The notes under the pieces were generated by a model. That model made no database searches. It was given only the letters and a program-made list of their open reading frames with translations, and was not told the DNA's origin. The position numbers and the translations under genes were made by a program. From Eledone cirrhosa (Eukaryota), in NCBI GenBank assembly GCA_964016885.1, contig OZ024741.1, forward strand, positions 195,486,001-195,550,000: 64,000 nucleotides of DNA. Direction: 5' to 3'. Below are positions 13,421 to 25,504 of this stretch, piece after piece. Positions within the stretch are counted from its first letter, which is position 1, and each line of letters starts with the position of its first letter.

Positions 13421-13799
13421 CTATTATTCCATATATGGCAGCTGGAAATTATTGGGCTATTCTAAAAAGAATATTAGTCCCCTGATTTTTTCATATCAAG
13501 AATTTGTTCTCGCTCTACATAATGACATAATTCTCCTTGCATACATTTTGTTCTTCTCAAGAATACATCCCCACGTATGTCTTCCTGTTTTCTAAAGGCA
13601 ATATTCAAAGAAATACTTTATTTTTATTTGGTCAAACATACAGAAAAAGAAAGTAGCATTGGAAAGGACTATAAATGAGAGGAAAAGGAGGGAAAGAGCA
13701 AGGACTATTAGACAATGGAAGAAAGAAAGGGGGAAGAGGAGAGGGTGACAAACTCTACACCTAGGTCAGAGCAGTGCTTTGGCTATGCCTCGCAGATAA

Positions 13800-15190
13800 A
13801 ATAACAAATGCATTTCCGTGGACAATGGGAAGCGACATACACTGCAACAGTCACTCTACCTCGAGAAAATCCTTCCTCAAATGAGCTGCTTTGATCCAAT
13901 TTTTTGGATGAGGTAAACTGTCTGGGGTTCAAGGATGTCTGAGTTCTTGATGGTGCAAAGAAGAAGCGCCCAGACAAGCTTCATTATTTGTTTGTCTTCC
14001 TGCCCTCTGCATTGTGATTTTTTTGTCCAAAGTGACTAAGTTGACGGTGGAGAATGTGTCACAGCATGTCATGTCCCAGATGAGGGATCTACTTTCTTTG
14101 AAAGGAAAGAAGGTAATTCTGTTGGGGCACTTGCCATCAGCATAGTTGAGGCCTACTGGCTCCTGTTGTGCCGAGAAGCTGGCTACATCTAGGCTTCTTC
14201 TCATTATGTCATTGAGAGAGGCATGTTGGGGGAACCAGCCTGTGCTCTAGCCGCATGATAGTGGATGCAGGCCAAACTCATCAACAACAGCTCCATCTCA
14301 GCATTTATGTGCAGAGGCCAAGGCTACTCTGATGCAAATGCACTTATCATGAAGAAGGTTACTGGTTGATGAAGAGGCTACTGAATTGAGCCACACATCA
14401 CTGTTTGGCTGCGAGGCAGAACAAAGGAAGGCAAGTCGGTGCTGGTTGAATCTAGACTCGATCTGCCTGAAGGTAGACATGCACATGATGTTGTCCCAGT
14501 TACATTTAGGAAGGGTGAAGCAATTCCTCAGGAGGAAGAGTACCAGTTGCGCATCAACGAGGTGCAACCTCTCCTCCATCATCATCAAAAGGTCTGCATG
14601 CTTGGTCTCCAGGCACACTCCCATATGTCTTTTGAGAGAATTGGGGAGCCAAGAATCCAGGCAGCATCTTTGGGCATTTGCTGAGCCCCAAACAAGATGG
14701 GATGGAAGCTGAATATGGCATCATGGAAAGAAATATATGCCAGCCTTCCACGCATATCTGTCATTTTACATAAAAGGAGAGTAAGATTTGCTGCCCACTG
14801 TGATCGTGCCACCTATGAGGCTGTGTCCCCATTAGTGCTTTGGAAACCACAAGCAGTCACTAATAATAAGGGTCTCAAGCTCTCCTATCCCAACATCATC
14901 TCCAGAGATTCTGGTATTGAAATCCATGACTTGGCAATGGCAATGAATGATAGACCCACATGGAGATCAATTGTTGAGTCTATTTCGGCTGAGACCACCA
15001 GATGATGATGATGATGATGATGGTAGTATCCTGGAATTCTGCTTCACCATAGCTAACGTTTATCACCTCGGACTTGGATGGGTTGTTCTTGAATCCAAAA
15101 AGCTTTAGAGCTGGGATGATTAGCCAAATGTTCTCAACTACCAACTCAGCCAACTTTGTTTGAGTTGATGAAATAACAAAGTATGCCAAA
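13800..15190 (-). mobile_element. CRE-clade-like non-LTR retrotransposon relic (RT end + REL endonuclease)
   Basis: LGSPIL, LFLLRNCF, HASLNDIMRRSL, EPVGLNYADGKCPN..LIWDMTCCDT; interrupted at ~14700-15022. Confidence 0.75.
14700..15022 (+). mobile_element. RTE-type LINE 3' end nested in the CRE-like relic
   Basis: LPRISVILHKRRVRFAAHC...LVLWKP...AMNDRPTWR then stop and (GAT)n tail. Confidence 0.8.
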
Positions 15191-15240
15191 TTATAGGTCA
15201 ATTGAATGATATATATCATTCGATTGACCTATAATTTGTG

Positions 15241-17952
15241 AAAAAGTTGTGAAAATGTGCAACCTCTAAATATATTTAGAGGTTACACATTTTCACAACT
15301 TTTTATTTATGACAATTTAAAAATTTTTTTTATCTGGCTTGTTGTATATTGTCCTTCCTGTTCACTTTACTGAATCCAATGAGGAAACCACATGACAGAA
15401 CAAAATAAAATTAAAGTAAATAGGAAAAATATGTTCCAAATACACAATAATGGATTTAAAGAGAGAAACACTTTTTATGGATGAAATTTATAACCAGAAA
15501 CGGCACTCTTTGTCCTCTAGGACACTTGTTTTTCTTTGCTCTGCAACAATTCTTAGGAGGGACTGTTTCTGATTTTCATCCTTCGTAGAATCATTAAACC
15601 CCTTTACATACATTGTTTAGCAGTGTCATTTACAACTTTCAGAGCATCAACAGATGCTTTGATATTGCCATCAATGCAAAAATCCAAATTGTTCGGGACA
15701 ATATCTAGTAGATTGAAAAAGTTATTTGTTTTGTTTGTAACTCAGTTCTTTGTTTTACAGCAGCTTCATCAAATCAAGATGTTTCTTTGGAGCCCATCTG
15801 GGAACCATTGCTTCATTCCAGAATTTAACATACACCAAAGTCACAAAGTAAATGATTTTTTGTAGATCTCTTGACTCATGTGGTGTAAAGTTAAATTGTT
15901 CTTTGAACAGAAGTATCTTGATCACATGTATGGCCTTAGCCATCCAATGAACCTGGTGGTAAGTTCCTGAGAACATGGGAAATGACCAAACATCAAGATA
16001 GAGAAGGAAGGCTTTATGAACTTGGCAAAGTCTTCTCAGGGATGATCTCCAGAAAGCAATACAGTCAGTAGGTATTCAATCATCTCCTCTCTCTTTTGCT
16101 CATAAAAATCTTCCATGGGCTCATAATCGTCCAGGATAGTTTGATAACGAGATATATCAATGGAGTTCCAACATTCCTAGAACTTTTTCAACAGTGGGAG
16201 ACCAGTGGGAGACCAGATGGTGGGTAAAAGATCTCAAATACTTTCTTCAAAACCAGTTTAAGAATGTGATGGTGGCAAGCCAGTCACATGATTGATTTTT
16301 TTCAGAGCTGCTTCAATTTTCATATTGGCTCGTTGAGGTATGCTGGTGTTACAAGCAGTGGTGTCAAAGGTCATACCAATTGTTCTATCCTCAATTTTCA
16401 AATTCCTTCAAAACAACTTCAGCGACTTGTTGTCCAGCTCCATCTCTTGCAATCGGAACAATTTAGAACACCTCCTTTCCTTTTATTGTAATTAAAACTC
16501 CAATCCAATCTTCAAGTTTGCTGGATTGGGAAGCCATTGGTCACAATTCCCCATCTCAGTGGAGGAACTGCCGGGATCTGTCTTCTGGTAGGAAAGCAAA
16601 TAAGTCAATTTCCTGAGCCATCTTCTCACTGCTACTGGTTCTCACTGGATAAACAGTTGAGGGGGAAATCGAGAGTTCAGGCACATCACAACCAAGATTC
16701 TTTGCAGTTGAAGAAGTATTTGTTTGTCATACTGATAGTTTTCCCCATTCCCACATGGCAACAAGAGAGGCATCGTGAGACAGCTTTAATCGTAGTGATT
16801 TTCGGGGTGGTGCTGACTTGAAGATTTCATCATCATCATCATCACTAATAGCTGAGCTGGATGACAAACTTTCAAGAGCTACTTTCTCGGACATCATTTT
16901 GACTTCTTCTGGTGGTGGTTGTGGTGGTTGTAGTAGTGGTGATGGGGGAGTAGGTGGTGATGGTGGTGGTTGTGGTAGTGGTGATGGGGGAGTAGGTGGT
17001 GATAGTGGTGGTTGTAGTAGTGGTGATGGGGGAGTAGGTGGTGATGGTGGTGGTTGTGGTGGTTGTAGTAGTGGTGATGAGGGAGTAGGTGGTGATGGTG
17101 GTGGTTGTGGTGGTTGTAGTAGTGGTGATGGGGGAGTAGGTGGTGATGGTGGTGGTTGTGGTAGTGGTGATGGGGGAGTAGGTGGTGATGGTGGTGGTTG
17201 TGGTGGTGGTGATGGGGGAGTAGGTGGTGATGGTGGTGGTTGTGGTGGTTGTAGTAGTGGTGATGGGGGAGTAGATGGTGATGGTGGTGGTTGTGGTGGT
17301 TGTAGTAGTGATGATGGTGGTGGTTGTGGTGGTTGTAGTAGTGGTGATGGTGGTGGTTGTGGTGGTTGTAGTAGTGGTGATGGGGGAGTAGGTGGTGATG
17401 GTGGTGGTTGTGGTGGTTGTAGTAGTGGTGATGGTGGTGGTTGTGGTGGTTGTAGTAGTGGTGATGGTGGTGGTTGTGGTGGTTGTAGTAGTGGTGATGG
17501 GGGAGTAGGTGGTGATGGTGGTGGTTGTGGTGGTTGTAGTAGTGGTGGTTGTGGTGGTTGTAGTAGTGGTGATGGTGGTGGTTGTGGTGGTTGTAGTAGT
17601 GGTGATGGGGGAGTAGGTGGTGATGGTGGTGGTTGTAGTGGTTGTAGTAGTGGTGATGGTGGTGGTTGTAGTGGTTGTGGTGGTTGTAGTAGTGGTGATG
17701 GTGGTGGTTGTGGTGGTTGTAGTAGTGGTGATGAGAGGCTGTAGGTGGTATAGAGGAACCTGGCTACAATCAACAAATGTTGAAGTATACTCTTTTCATT
17801 TTTTTGTTATAACATTCAAAAAGCACCAAATTGTGCAACCCCTAAATATATTTTGTGTTTTACCTGTGTAGCTTTTATGTTAAATGGGTTTAGCACAATT
17901 GACATGAGGTGATATAAAAAAATATATTTTTCTTATAAATATGCAACACCCT
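15241..17952 (-). mobile_element. hATm-like DNA transposon relic
   Basis: ACHHHILKLVL (CxxH), GTYHQVHWMAKAI, ALKVVNDTAK..TKDENQKQSLL; subterminal motif gtgcaacc(c/t)ctaaatatattt at 15257 and 17833; possible terminus aagggtg on minus near 17952. Confidence 0.7.
16911..17732. repeat. GGT/AGT/GAT-rich triplet-based minisatellite
   Basis: modules ggtggtggttgtggtggttgtagtagtggtgat and gggggagtaggtggtgat; explains the Pro-rich and Gly-rich ORFs. Confidence 0.95.
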
Positions 17953-18493
17953 TGTGTACATTTTATAATAGCACCAACACTAGGAGATTGCCATTATTAA
18001 CACAACTGAAGAGCTCTCTTTACCTTATGTGGTAGAGGTGACTTATCTCAAGTAAACTGTGTTTGAGGGGAATAGAATGGAGGGAGGTAAGGAGGGTGAT
18101 CGACAGGATGTCATGAGTGAAGGGTGGGTGGCTGACATGAATGGTGTCATGGGTGTATTACTATTCATTCAGCCATTTTCTTTTTATTCATATTCCCCCG
18201 TTACTTATACACTTTCTTATTTTCTTTCATACTCCTCTCTAATAAACATGACATTTTCCTGGTAAGAAGTTGTATAAGTTAATTCAATGAAAATTGATTA
18301 ACTCAAATGGATTTTCTTTATAATACATATGTTATTGCAATATCATAATATAATCTGGTCGTAATATGTTTTCAAATCTAATAATTTGCATTGAGAAACA
18401 AAGATTATGTCAGGTCGAAATGTATGTATGATTATTATTATTACTTATGCTGACTTATTGCTTCAACATGATAGCACATTATAATGACTGAAA

Positions 18494-18650
18494 CGTAACT
18501 ATGCTTTCTAGCATAGTTACGTCCCTTTACAGTGTGAGTTCAAATCCCGCCGAGGTTAACTTTGCCTTTCATCCTTACGGGGTCGATAAAATAAAGTACC
18601 AGTAATGTACTGGGTAATTGCTGGCCTTGTGCCTAAAGTTGAAACAATTA
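18494..18650 (+). mobile_element. 5'-truncated SINE flanked by a ~57-bp direct duplication
   Basis: SINE core; attattacttatgctgacttattg.ttcaacatgatagcacattataatgactgaaa at ~18437 and ~18647. Confidence 0.85.
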
Positions 18651-20249
18651 TTACTTATGCTGACTTATTGGTTCAACATGATAGCACATTATAATGACTG
18701 AAATGAATAACAATATACAACACAACATAATTTTCAGTCATTTGTTTATGTCATGCCTCAAGAATATACAACATACCTTGTCTTAGACATCTTTCAGTCA
18801 TGTTTTTAACATCATGGCTCAAGGAAGAGTGATAATCCAAAGAAGCATGTGACTTCATTTATGACTCAGCAACAGGAACATCTAAGGGTGTTAGAAACTG
18901 ATGCTAATACTGTTGCTGCTGATGATGATGATCATGAGGAGGAGGCTAATAACAATGATGAGGATGAACTGTTTAAAATTCTATTTGATTAATAAATAAA
19001 TTATATCTGCTTTTTAATGAATGAATTACACGCTAGACTTCTTGCAGTTCTACTCTATTTAGAGAAATATATCATGGCTGCAGCCCTTTTTCCTCTGTCT
19101 AAACCATAAAATTGAAATGAAAATAAAAAACAAAACAAAAAAGACCAACAAAGTTGCCTAATCTTTGAAAGCCTAGTTTTGAATTAGTTTTGGGGGACAT
19201 GATGGAGTTCCACTGACAATATAGTACAGACTGCAGCTTTTTTTTAATTTAACACTTTTGATACAACATCATCTGTAAAATGACTCTGGTTCTAAGATAC
19301 AACTACATTTATTTTAAAGTGTTTATACTTATCTAAAAAAAACTATCATAATTTTATATAATAACATTTATTAAGTTATGCTCCAAAAACCAACTTAACA
19401 AAATTCTTGATCATTTTCAAAATTATTTGAAAATCAAAGGAAGTATTTTCCATTAGAAATATAGAAATGAAAAGGATAAATCTCTAAACCTACAATAGAC
19501 TTAGATGATAGAAAAAAAAACAAAAAAACATATGCCTTTGTAAAAGTTTGGTCGAAATTAAGTAGGAATATTATATAACTAAAATATTTGAAAAACATTT
19601 ATTGATAATAATGGCAATGATATTTCCTATAGAAATGCATTACCTTTGAAACTTTACTCTTGTATTTATGAGCTAGACACACTTTATTTTCAAATTTAAT
19701 CAAGAACTTTTAAGAAAAATATCATGCTCTTCCTATTAAGAATGGATTTTAGAATTATTCCTTATTAAAGAATTTGTGACTAACTACAGTAAATCTAAAT
19801 TGCTTAAGCTGCAAACAATTGATTCAGTTTCCAATGATTCAACCAAATTAACTGCATTTTAAATTTTGCACTAATAAACCTAAAATATGGTTTCTTTTGA
19901 CAAGATAAAAGCTTAAACATTTGTGGGATATAGAAATAGACTGTATGATATTAATGATTTTCTCAAGAACAGAATTATCTTCAAATAAGGATCAAAACAG
20001 TTGCAGTAGAATCCAATTCCTGAGGATTTACAGCAGGCAATATTGTGCCAACATATAAATAAAAAATATTCTATGCATAGATTATTAAAAAAAATTAATA
20101 GATTTTTTTTTTTTTGTTCAAATATATTTTTCAGTGAGGATTGGATGTTTTAAGCAAATTGAGAGCAAGAGTTTTATATGATAGAACTCTTGCTAATACA
20201 AATTCTACCTTCTCAATTGTAAAATAGGATTGGCCCTTATTATATATAT

Positions 20250-20365
20250 ACTGAGTTCAAATCCCGCCAAGGTTAACTTTGCCTTTCATCCTTACAGGGT
20301 CAATAAAATAAAGTACCAGTAATACACTGGGTAATTGCTGGCCTTGTGCCAAAAGTAGAGACTAT
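20250..20365 (+). mobile_element. 5'-truncated tRNA-derived SINE
   Basis: same core as 13016-13200. Confidence 0.85.
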
Positions 20366-20559
20366 TATATATATATACCGAGAAAGATAGTGTACTCAAT
20401 GTGTGCTAGGTATATGCTACATACCTATAAAAGTCTTAAAATACAATTCAATAGATTTGTTTATTGTAAAAATTATAGAGTGATACTTTGTAACAGAATT
20501 GTTCAAACCATGCATGTAAAATAGATCTTAAGATGATAGTGATGCAACAGTGCTACTTC

Positions 20560-20735
20560 CAGAGGCATAACTAGGGAAAATAGCGCCTGTTGCAAGAAGT
20601 GAAATACTGAAGGAGTTTCTTTTTTCACTCTCCAATAGACTTATTTGACTTTAATAGAATGTACTTCTAATCTAAGTGGCGCCCCCTTCATGTGATGTTC
20701 ATGGCACGTACTTACCATACCCAGATATGCCTTTG
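20560..20735. mobile_element. hAT-type MITE
   Basis: imperfect TIR cagaggcataact / agatatgcctttg; 8-bp TSD gctacttc / gctacttt. Confidence 0.7.
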
Positions 20736-21370
20736 GCTACTTTTAATGGTGAGATTGAAAAAACAAAGATTAGAGCCAGTGTAGTCAGTAAACTGTTTGA
20801 GTACAATAATTATGTTCCTTGACAATTACATAAATGAAATTAGTTACTATTATCTCGAAACTCTGAATTAAGGTAATTACAAATGTGTAGTTACAGAAGA
20901 ATAGTTTATCCCATTTAATATCCTGATCACTATAAATAGATGAAATTTAATTGACTTACCAGGAACTATATTTGATAGAGCTTAATTAAAACTGACTTAT
21001 TGGTAAGTTATATCAAACATTTTTGAAATAATTAGATAATCACTAATTAGTAGAAAAGAAGAAAGGATGCAAAGAATGAGGGAGAGAGTATATATGGAAG
21101 TTACAAACCAATGGAAAATGGAAGGTGGTGGTGTCTGGTTGTAGAGTATTTATAACTAATAAGATAATTTTATTTTATTTATCTATTTATTTATTTATTT
21201 GTGGGGGTTGCATAGAAATGACATGTTTTGCAGAGGGAACTGTTCCAGATGTGTTTTTTTAAGATAAATTCTGGAGTTACTGAATAGACTAGAATTGTTA
21301 TCTTACAGGAGCTTTTCCACATCTAGTGACTTTCATTGCTGCTTAGAATCTTTTCATATTAAGAGATTAA

Positions 21371-21593
21371 CCCTTTATCATTTAAACCAGCTGTATCTGG
21401 CCAGAACTCCCTCACCTCTTTCTGTTCAAACTGGCTCTAACCAGTCACTCATACCAATGTTAAGGTATTGTTCTCAAAATAAATAACATCAAAATCTCAT
21501 AGATTCGATATTATGTGAGATAATTATGTAAGATAAAGCCTTTACTGTGAAAATTTACAATAGTAAATATAAAGTAATGTAAATGCTAAAGGG
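21371..21593. mobile_element. piggyBac-type MITE
   Basis: TTAA-ccctttatcattt...aaatgctaaaggg-TTAA; second copy at 24272-24481. Confidence 0.85.
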
Positions 21594-21610
21594 TTAAGTG
21601 ATAGTTTGGT

Positions 21611-21614
<4 letters not shown>

Positions 21615-21645
<31 letters not shown>

Positions 21646-22262
21646 TTAATGTCTGTTTTCCTTGCTAGCAAGAATTGGACATATCATCACAGACCTGTCA
21701 GTACTCAAGCAGACCCTTTGACCTCCATATGAGCCAGGGGCCTGACATAGCATCTCATGTTCTACCAAATGAATTGTATTGTAACACCAACACTAAGGAA
21801 GTTGTCATGCCTTTGACATATCTGAAGAGTCTTTCTGGTCCTTTGTTTGGCAGGTTTTTCTGGAGCTGGATGCCTTCCCTATCACCAACTACTTTACAGA
21901 GTGTACTGGATGTGTTTATTGTGTAGTTCACCAACACTAGAGTGACTGTTGTGCCCTTGAAAAAACAGAGTTCTCTTGACCTTTTTGGCATGGTTTCTAC
22001 AATGGTGTGCCCTTCCTATCCCCAATTAGTTTACAGGGTATACTTGGTACATTTATCGTGATACCATCACTAGAAAGGTTGTCATTGGCTCAACTGAAGA
22101 GCCTTACCACCAGTACATTGTATCCCTGTATGTCATAAGAAGCGACTAAAAGTGTTGGTGTCAGGAAAGGCATCTAGCTGTTAATCATGGCTGCAAACAT
22201 TCCTATCCAACCCATGCTAGCATGGAAAAGTCGATGTAAAAACGATGATGGAAATGATGATT
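21615..22262. mobile_element. RTE 3'UTR-derived pieces, minus then plus
   Basis: (CAT)n at left, ctggatgcccttcct modules, ggaaaggcatctagc..aacccatgctagcatggaaaa..aacgatgatg at right. Confidence 0.65.
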
Positions 22263-23010
22263 ATTGCATACACAGTTTTGGCCTTGTGATAATTTATTAA
22301 TCGTATGAAAAGAGATTATCATTTAACTTAGGCTCTAATACAGTTCTTGACCTTAAAATCCTTATAGAATGACTGGGTGACACTTAGGAATATGTGAAAG
22401 AGAAAAAGTGCCAGAAACACCTTTGACTCTCATTGGTCTATGTAGAGAAAGACTCAAACTCTATCCCATTCAACTAGAAAATAATATTTTAATGTTTAGC
22501 AGGATAAAAACACTTTATAAAAGGTCCCTATAGTCAGAGAAATTGAGCCTGGCTAATCACATACCAAAAGGGTGTCACCAACAGTAGAGGAACAATAAAA
22601 GCTAGGGAACAGCAGTTGTTTACCTCTTTGTGGTGGGCCCTGGAAACTGATAACTGATCTCTCACCTCAAACAGGCAAATCACAACAACCTGAGGCAGCA
22701 AAGTCTTATATACAAGAAAAAGATTAGATGATAAGGCTTAAATCAATATAGCTTTCTATGGGCAAGTATTAGTAGTCCTATTAACATAGTTAACTTTGCC
22801 TTCATGATCATTATACAGCATTGTTGGGGGTTTTATGATTTCCTATCAACAACTAATAGAATGGACTTGATTTGTTTATCATCCTATCAATGAAGTCTGC
22901 TTCTCTACACCTTAATTTCAGAGTGACTACTTCCTTAGTCAGGTTAATTTTACTGTTAATTATAGAGTGAAATAAAAGTGGCTGATTAGGGGGATTATTG
23001 GAGTGTTGAA

Positions 23011-23089
23011 GGAAGAAGAAGAAGAAGAAGAAGAAGAAGAAGAAGAAGAAGAAGAAGAAGAAGAAGAAGAAGAAGAAGAAGAAGAAGAA
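23011..23089. repeat. (GAA)n microsatellite
   Basis: direct reading. Confidence 0.95.
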
Positions 23090-23124
23090 TGAGGGGGAGT
23101 GAAGAATTTAGAGGGATTTACGAA

Positions 23125-23990
23125 TCTCGCCATCACCCCAGGTAACGCTGCAATCTTTTGCTCTGGTAGCGGCTCGTTTTTCCACTCTTTTGCCTGCATA
23201 TGTTCTGTGGTCTAAGATGTGTGTATTATCTGCTTGTGTATATTTTCTCTTTCTTTTTTTCCTTTCTCTTTCCTTTGTATATATTTGTTAGTGTTTTGTA
23301 TATATTTGTATATATTCTTTCTTGTATATATTCTTGTTTTGTATATATTTGTATATATTTCCTTTGTTAGTGTTTTCATTATGTAATCATTATATTAAAT
23401 GAGTTTAAAAAAAAGAGTTAATAAATAAATAAAACGTTATACTTGTTTTACCCTCCCATTTCCAATTAAACCGATCGCTATCATGGCTGTATGTGTGTGT
23501 TTGTGTATATGTATATGTGTGAATGTATGTATGTATGTTTGTGTGAAAGTATGTTTGAATGTATATGTATTTGTGTGAATTATGTCCGTGAGTGTGTATT
23601 TTTATAAGTTTGTGTTTGCGCCATTATAGTTATATACTCATAATAGTTATATACTCATGATAGTTATACATATAGATGTATGTGTGTGCACACTCATACG
23701 CGTCAGCGTGTAGAAATCATAATCTCTCTATCTCTCTTATCACACACTCTCTCTTTCTATATATATGGTAGTTGAAGTGGTGGCGATGATATCCCAGAAG
23801 TGCAACTTTGAAAAGAAGTCAATTTTAAATTATTTATTTTTACAAAATTATTTGTTTACGAAATTTAGCACATAAATTATGTAATATTCATTCATTATTT
23901 ATTAAAAGTAATCCAACTTATTTTACTAACTGGATTAAAAGAAATAAACCATACACAAGTCCCGCAGCCCTTGCTTTATTATAGTTTAGA
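23125..23990 (-). mobile_element. probable non-autonomous Helitron-like element
   Basis: right end reads a|TCTAAACTATAATAAAGC on minus; internal microsatellites; left end degenerate. Confidence 0.4.
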
Positions 23991-24271
23991 TAACCACTAA
24001 GATTATATTTTGTAAGCTAACTTAATAAGGTGTTCTTATATCAAATTGTTTTGAAGTAGAGGCTGTTTGTAGTAGGCTGTTATCAAAAGAGTTAATGATT
24101 TCAGACTATTCTATACATTCAAAATTCTTTTTCTCATTTTTCATATTCTACAAGTAACATTATAAAATTTATATGTTATAACACATTCTTTTCAACTACC
24201 AATTCTTATTCCAAATTGCTCTGTTAATATTAAATATATGTCGTATTTCTTCCTTTAGACAATTAAATTAA

Positions 24272-24481
24272 CCCTTTAATGTTCAAACCGGCCAAAAACG
24301 GCCAGAATTCTCTACCTCTTTCTGTTAAAACTGGCTGTAACTGGTCGCTCAAACGGATGTTAAGGTATTGTTCTCAAAATAAATACTTTCAAAATCTTAT
24401 AGATTCGATATTATGTGAGATAATTATGCCTTTACCATGAAAATATAATAGTATATATAGAGTAATGTGAATACTAAAGGG
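24272..24481. mobile_element. piggyBac-type MITE (copy 2)
   Basis: TTAA TSD, CCC/GGG termini, alignable to 21371-21593. Confidence 0.85.
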
Positions 24482-24794
24482 TTAAGACAAGAGGGTGTTG
24501 TAGTTTCCTTGAAGCTTTGCAATGATGTGATTTATTAGACAGCTACAGCAATACAAGTGGGACATTAAATGTTAAAAATATGATAACAAAGATGTTGGAA
24601 TGTTACTTTAAGTTGTTTAATAGTCCTTAATATTTTGAGATAAAATCCCTTCATTAAAAGAAGTATTTGTGAAACTAATTCAGAGCAGGATATCTTGTCT
24701 CTTTTTTTATGCTGCCATTTTTCTAATGTGAAAGTAGTATTTTTTTTTATTCTTTTTTTTTTTTTACTGTAAACATATTTACTGAATCAAAAGA

Positions 24795-25175
24795 AGGTGG
24801 GTAAGCATAAAAGCCAAACTCGCTGTCTTCAATTCGGTTTTCATGCCAACGCTTACCTATCGTCATGAATCTTGGGTAATGACCAAAAGAATACAATCAC
24901 GAATACAAGCAGCTGAAATGGGGTAACATTACTCAATAGAGTGCATAGCTCTGAGATCAGAGAGTCACTACAGGTAGAGCCACTACTTCTCCCAATTGAG
25001 AGATCACTGCTCTGATACTATGACCAGCCAAGCTCTAATACCATGAGCTTGGCTGGTCATGCTTGGGGATCCAGCTGGATCAGTTGGAGGACAGGACCTT
25101 CTGGAGGAAGTTTGAGGACCCTGCCCCCATGACCCTCTCAAGAATAAGTGGGTGAAGAAAAGAAGAAGAAGAAGT
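24795..25175 (+). mobile_element. RTE (Rex3/Expander-like) 3' fragment
   Basis: KAKLAVFNSVFMPTLTY.HESWVMT..IQAAEM; (GAA)n tail. Confidence 0.65.
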
Positions 25176-25292
25176 AAACATATTTACCATTCCGTTACAT
25201 ATTTATAGAAAGCAAACATAAACATATGTAAGGCTAGGAATACCAAGTGGAGCAAATTTTAATTCCTCTTTTATGCTTACACACTGTTATAC

Positions 25293-25473
25293 ATGACTGA
25301 TAAGTTTCAGAAAGCCAGTAGAATGTGGTAGAAATATATAAAGGGCAAACGATGATAAATAAAATAATTCAAGTAATGTTTTTACCAAGTATATTTCAAC
25401 AAAATATTTCAGGGTCTGACTCACTTTTCAAATGTAAAAACGTGGTACTGGCTTTCTGAAACCTATCAGTCAT
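25293..25473. mobile_element. MITE-like element with ~28-bp TIRs
   Basis: atgactgataagtttcagaaagccagta / tactggctttctgaaacctatcagtcat. Confidence 0.6.
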
Positions 25474-25504
25474 TTATTACTTATCTCACAATGCTTCATA
25501 ATCA

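Noticed and set aside
16818-17744. Gly/Cys-rich structural protein
   Set aside because: Antisense reading of a triplet minisatellite; non-ATG start and no signal peptide
18812-18992. Acidic open frame as a host terminal exon
   Set aside because: Short, low complexity, in-frame stop just upstream and no homology recognised
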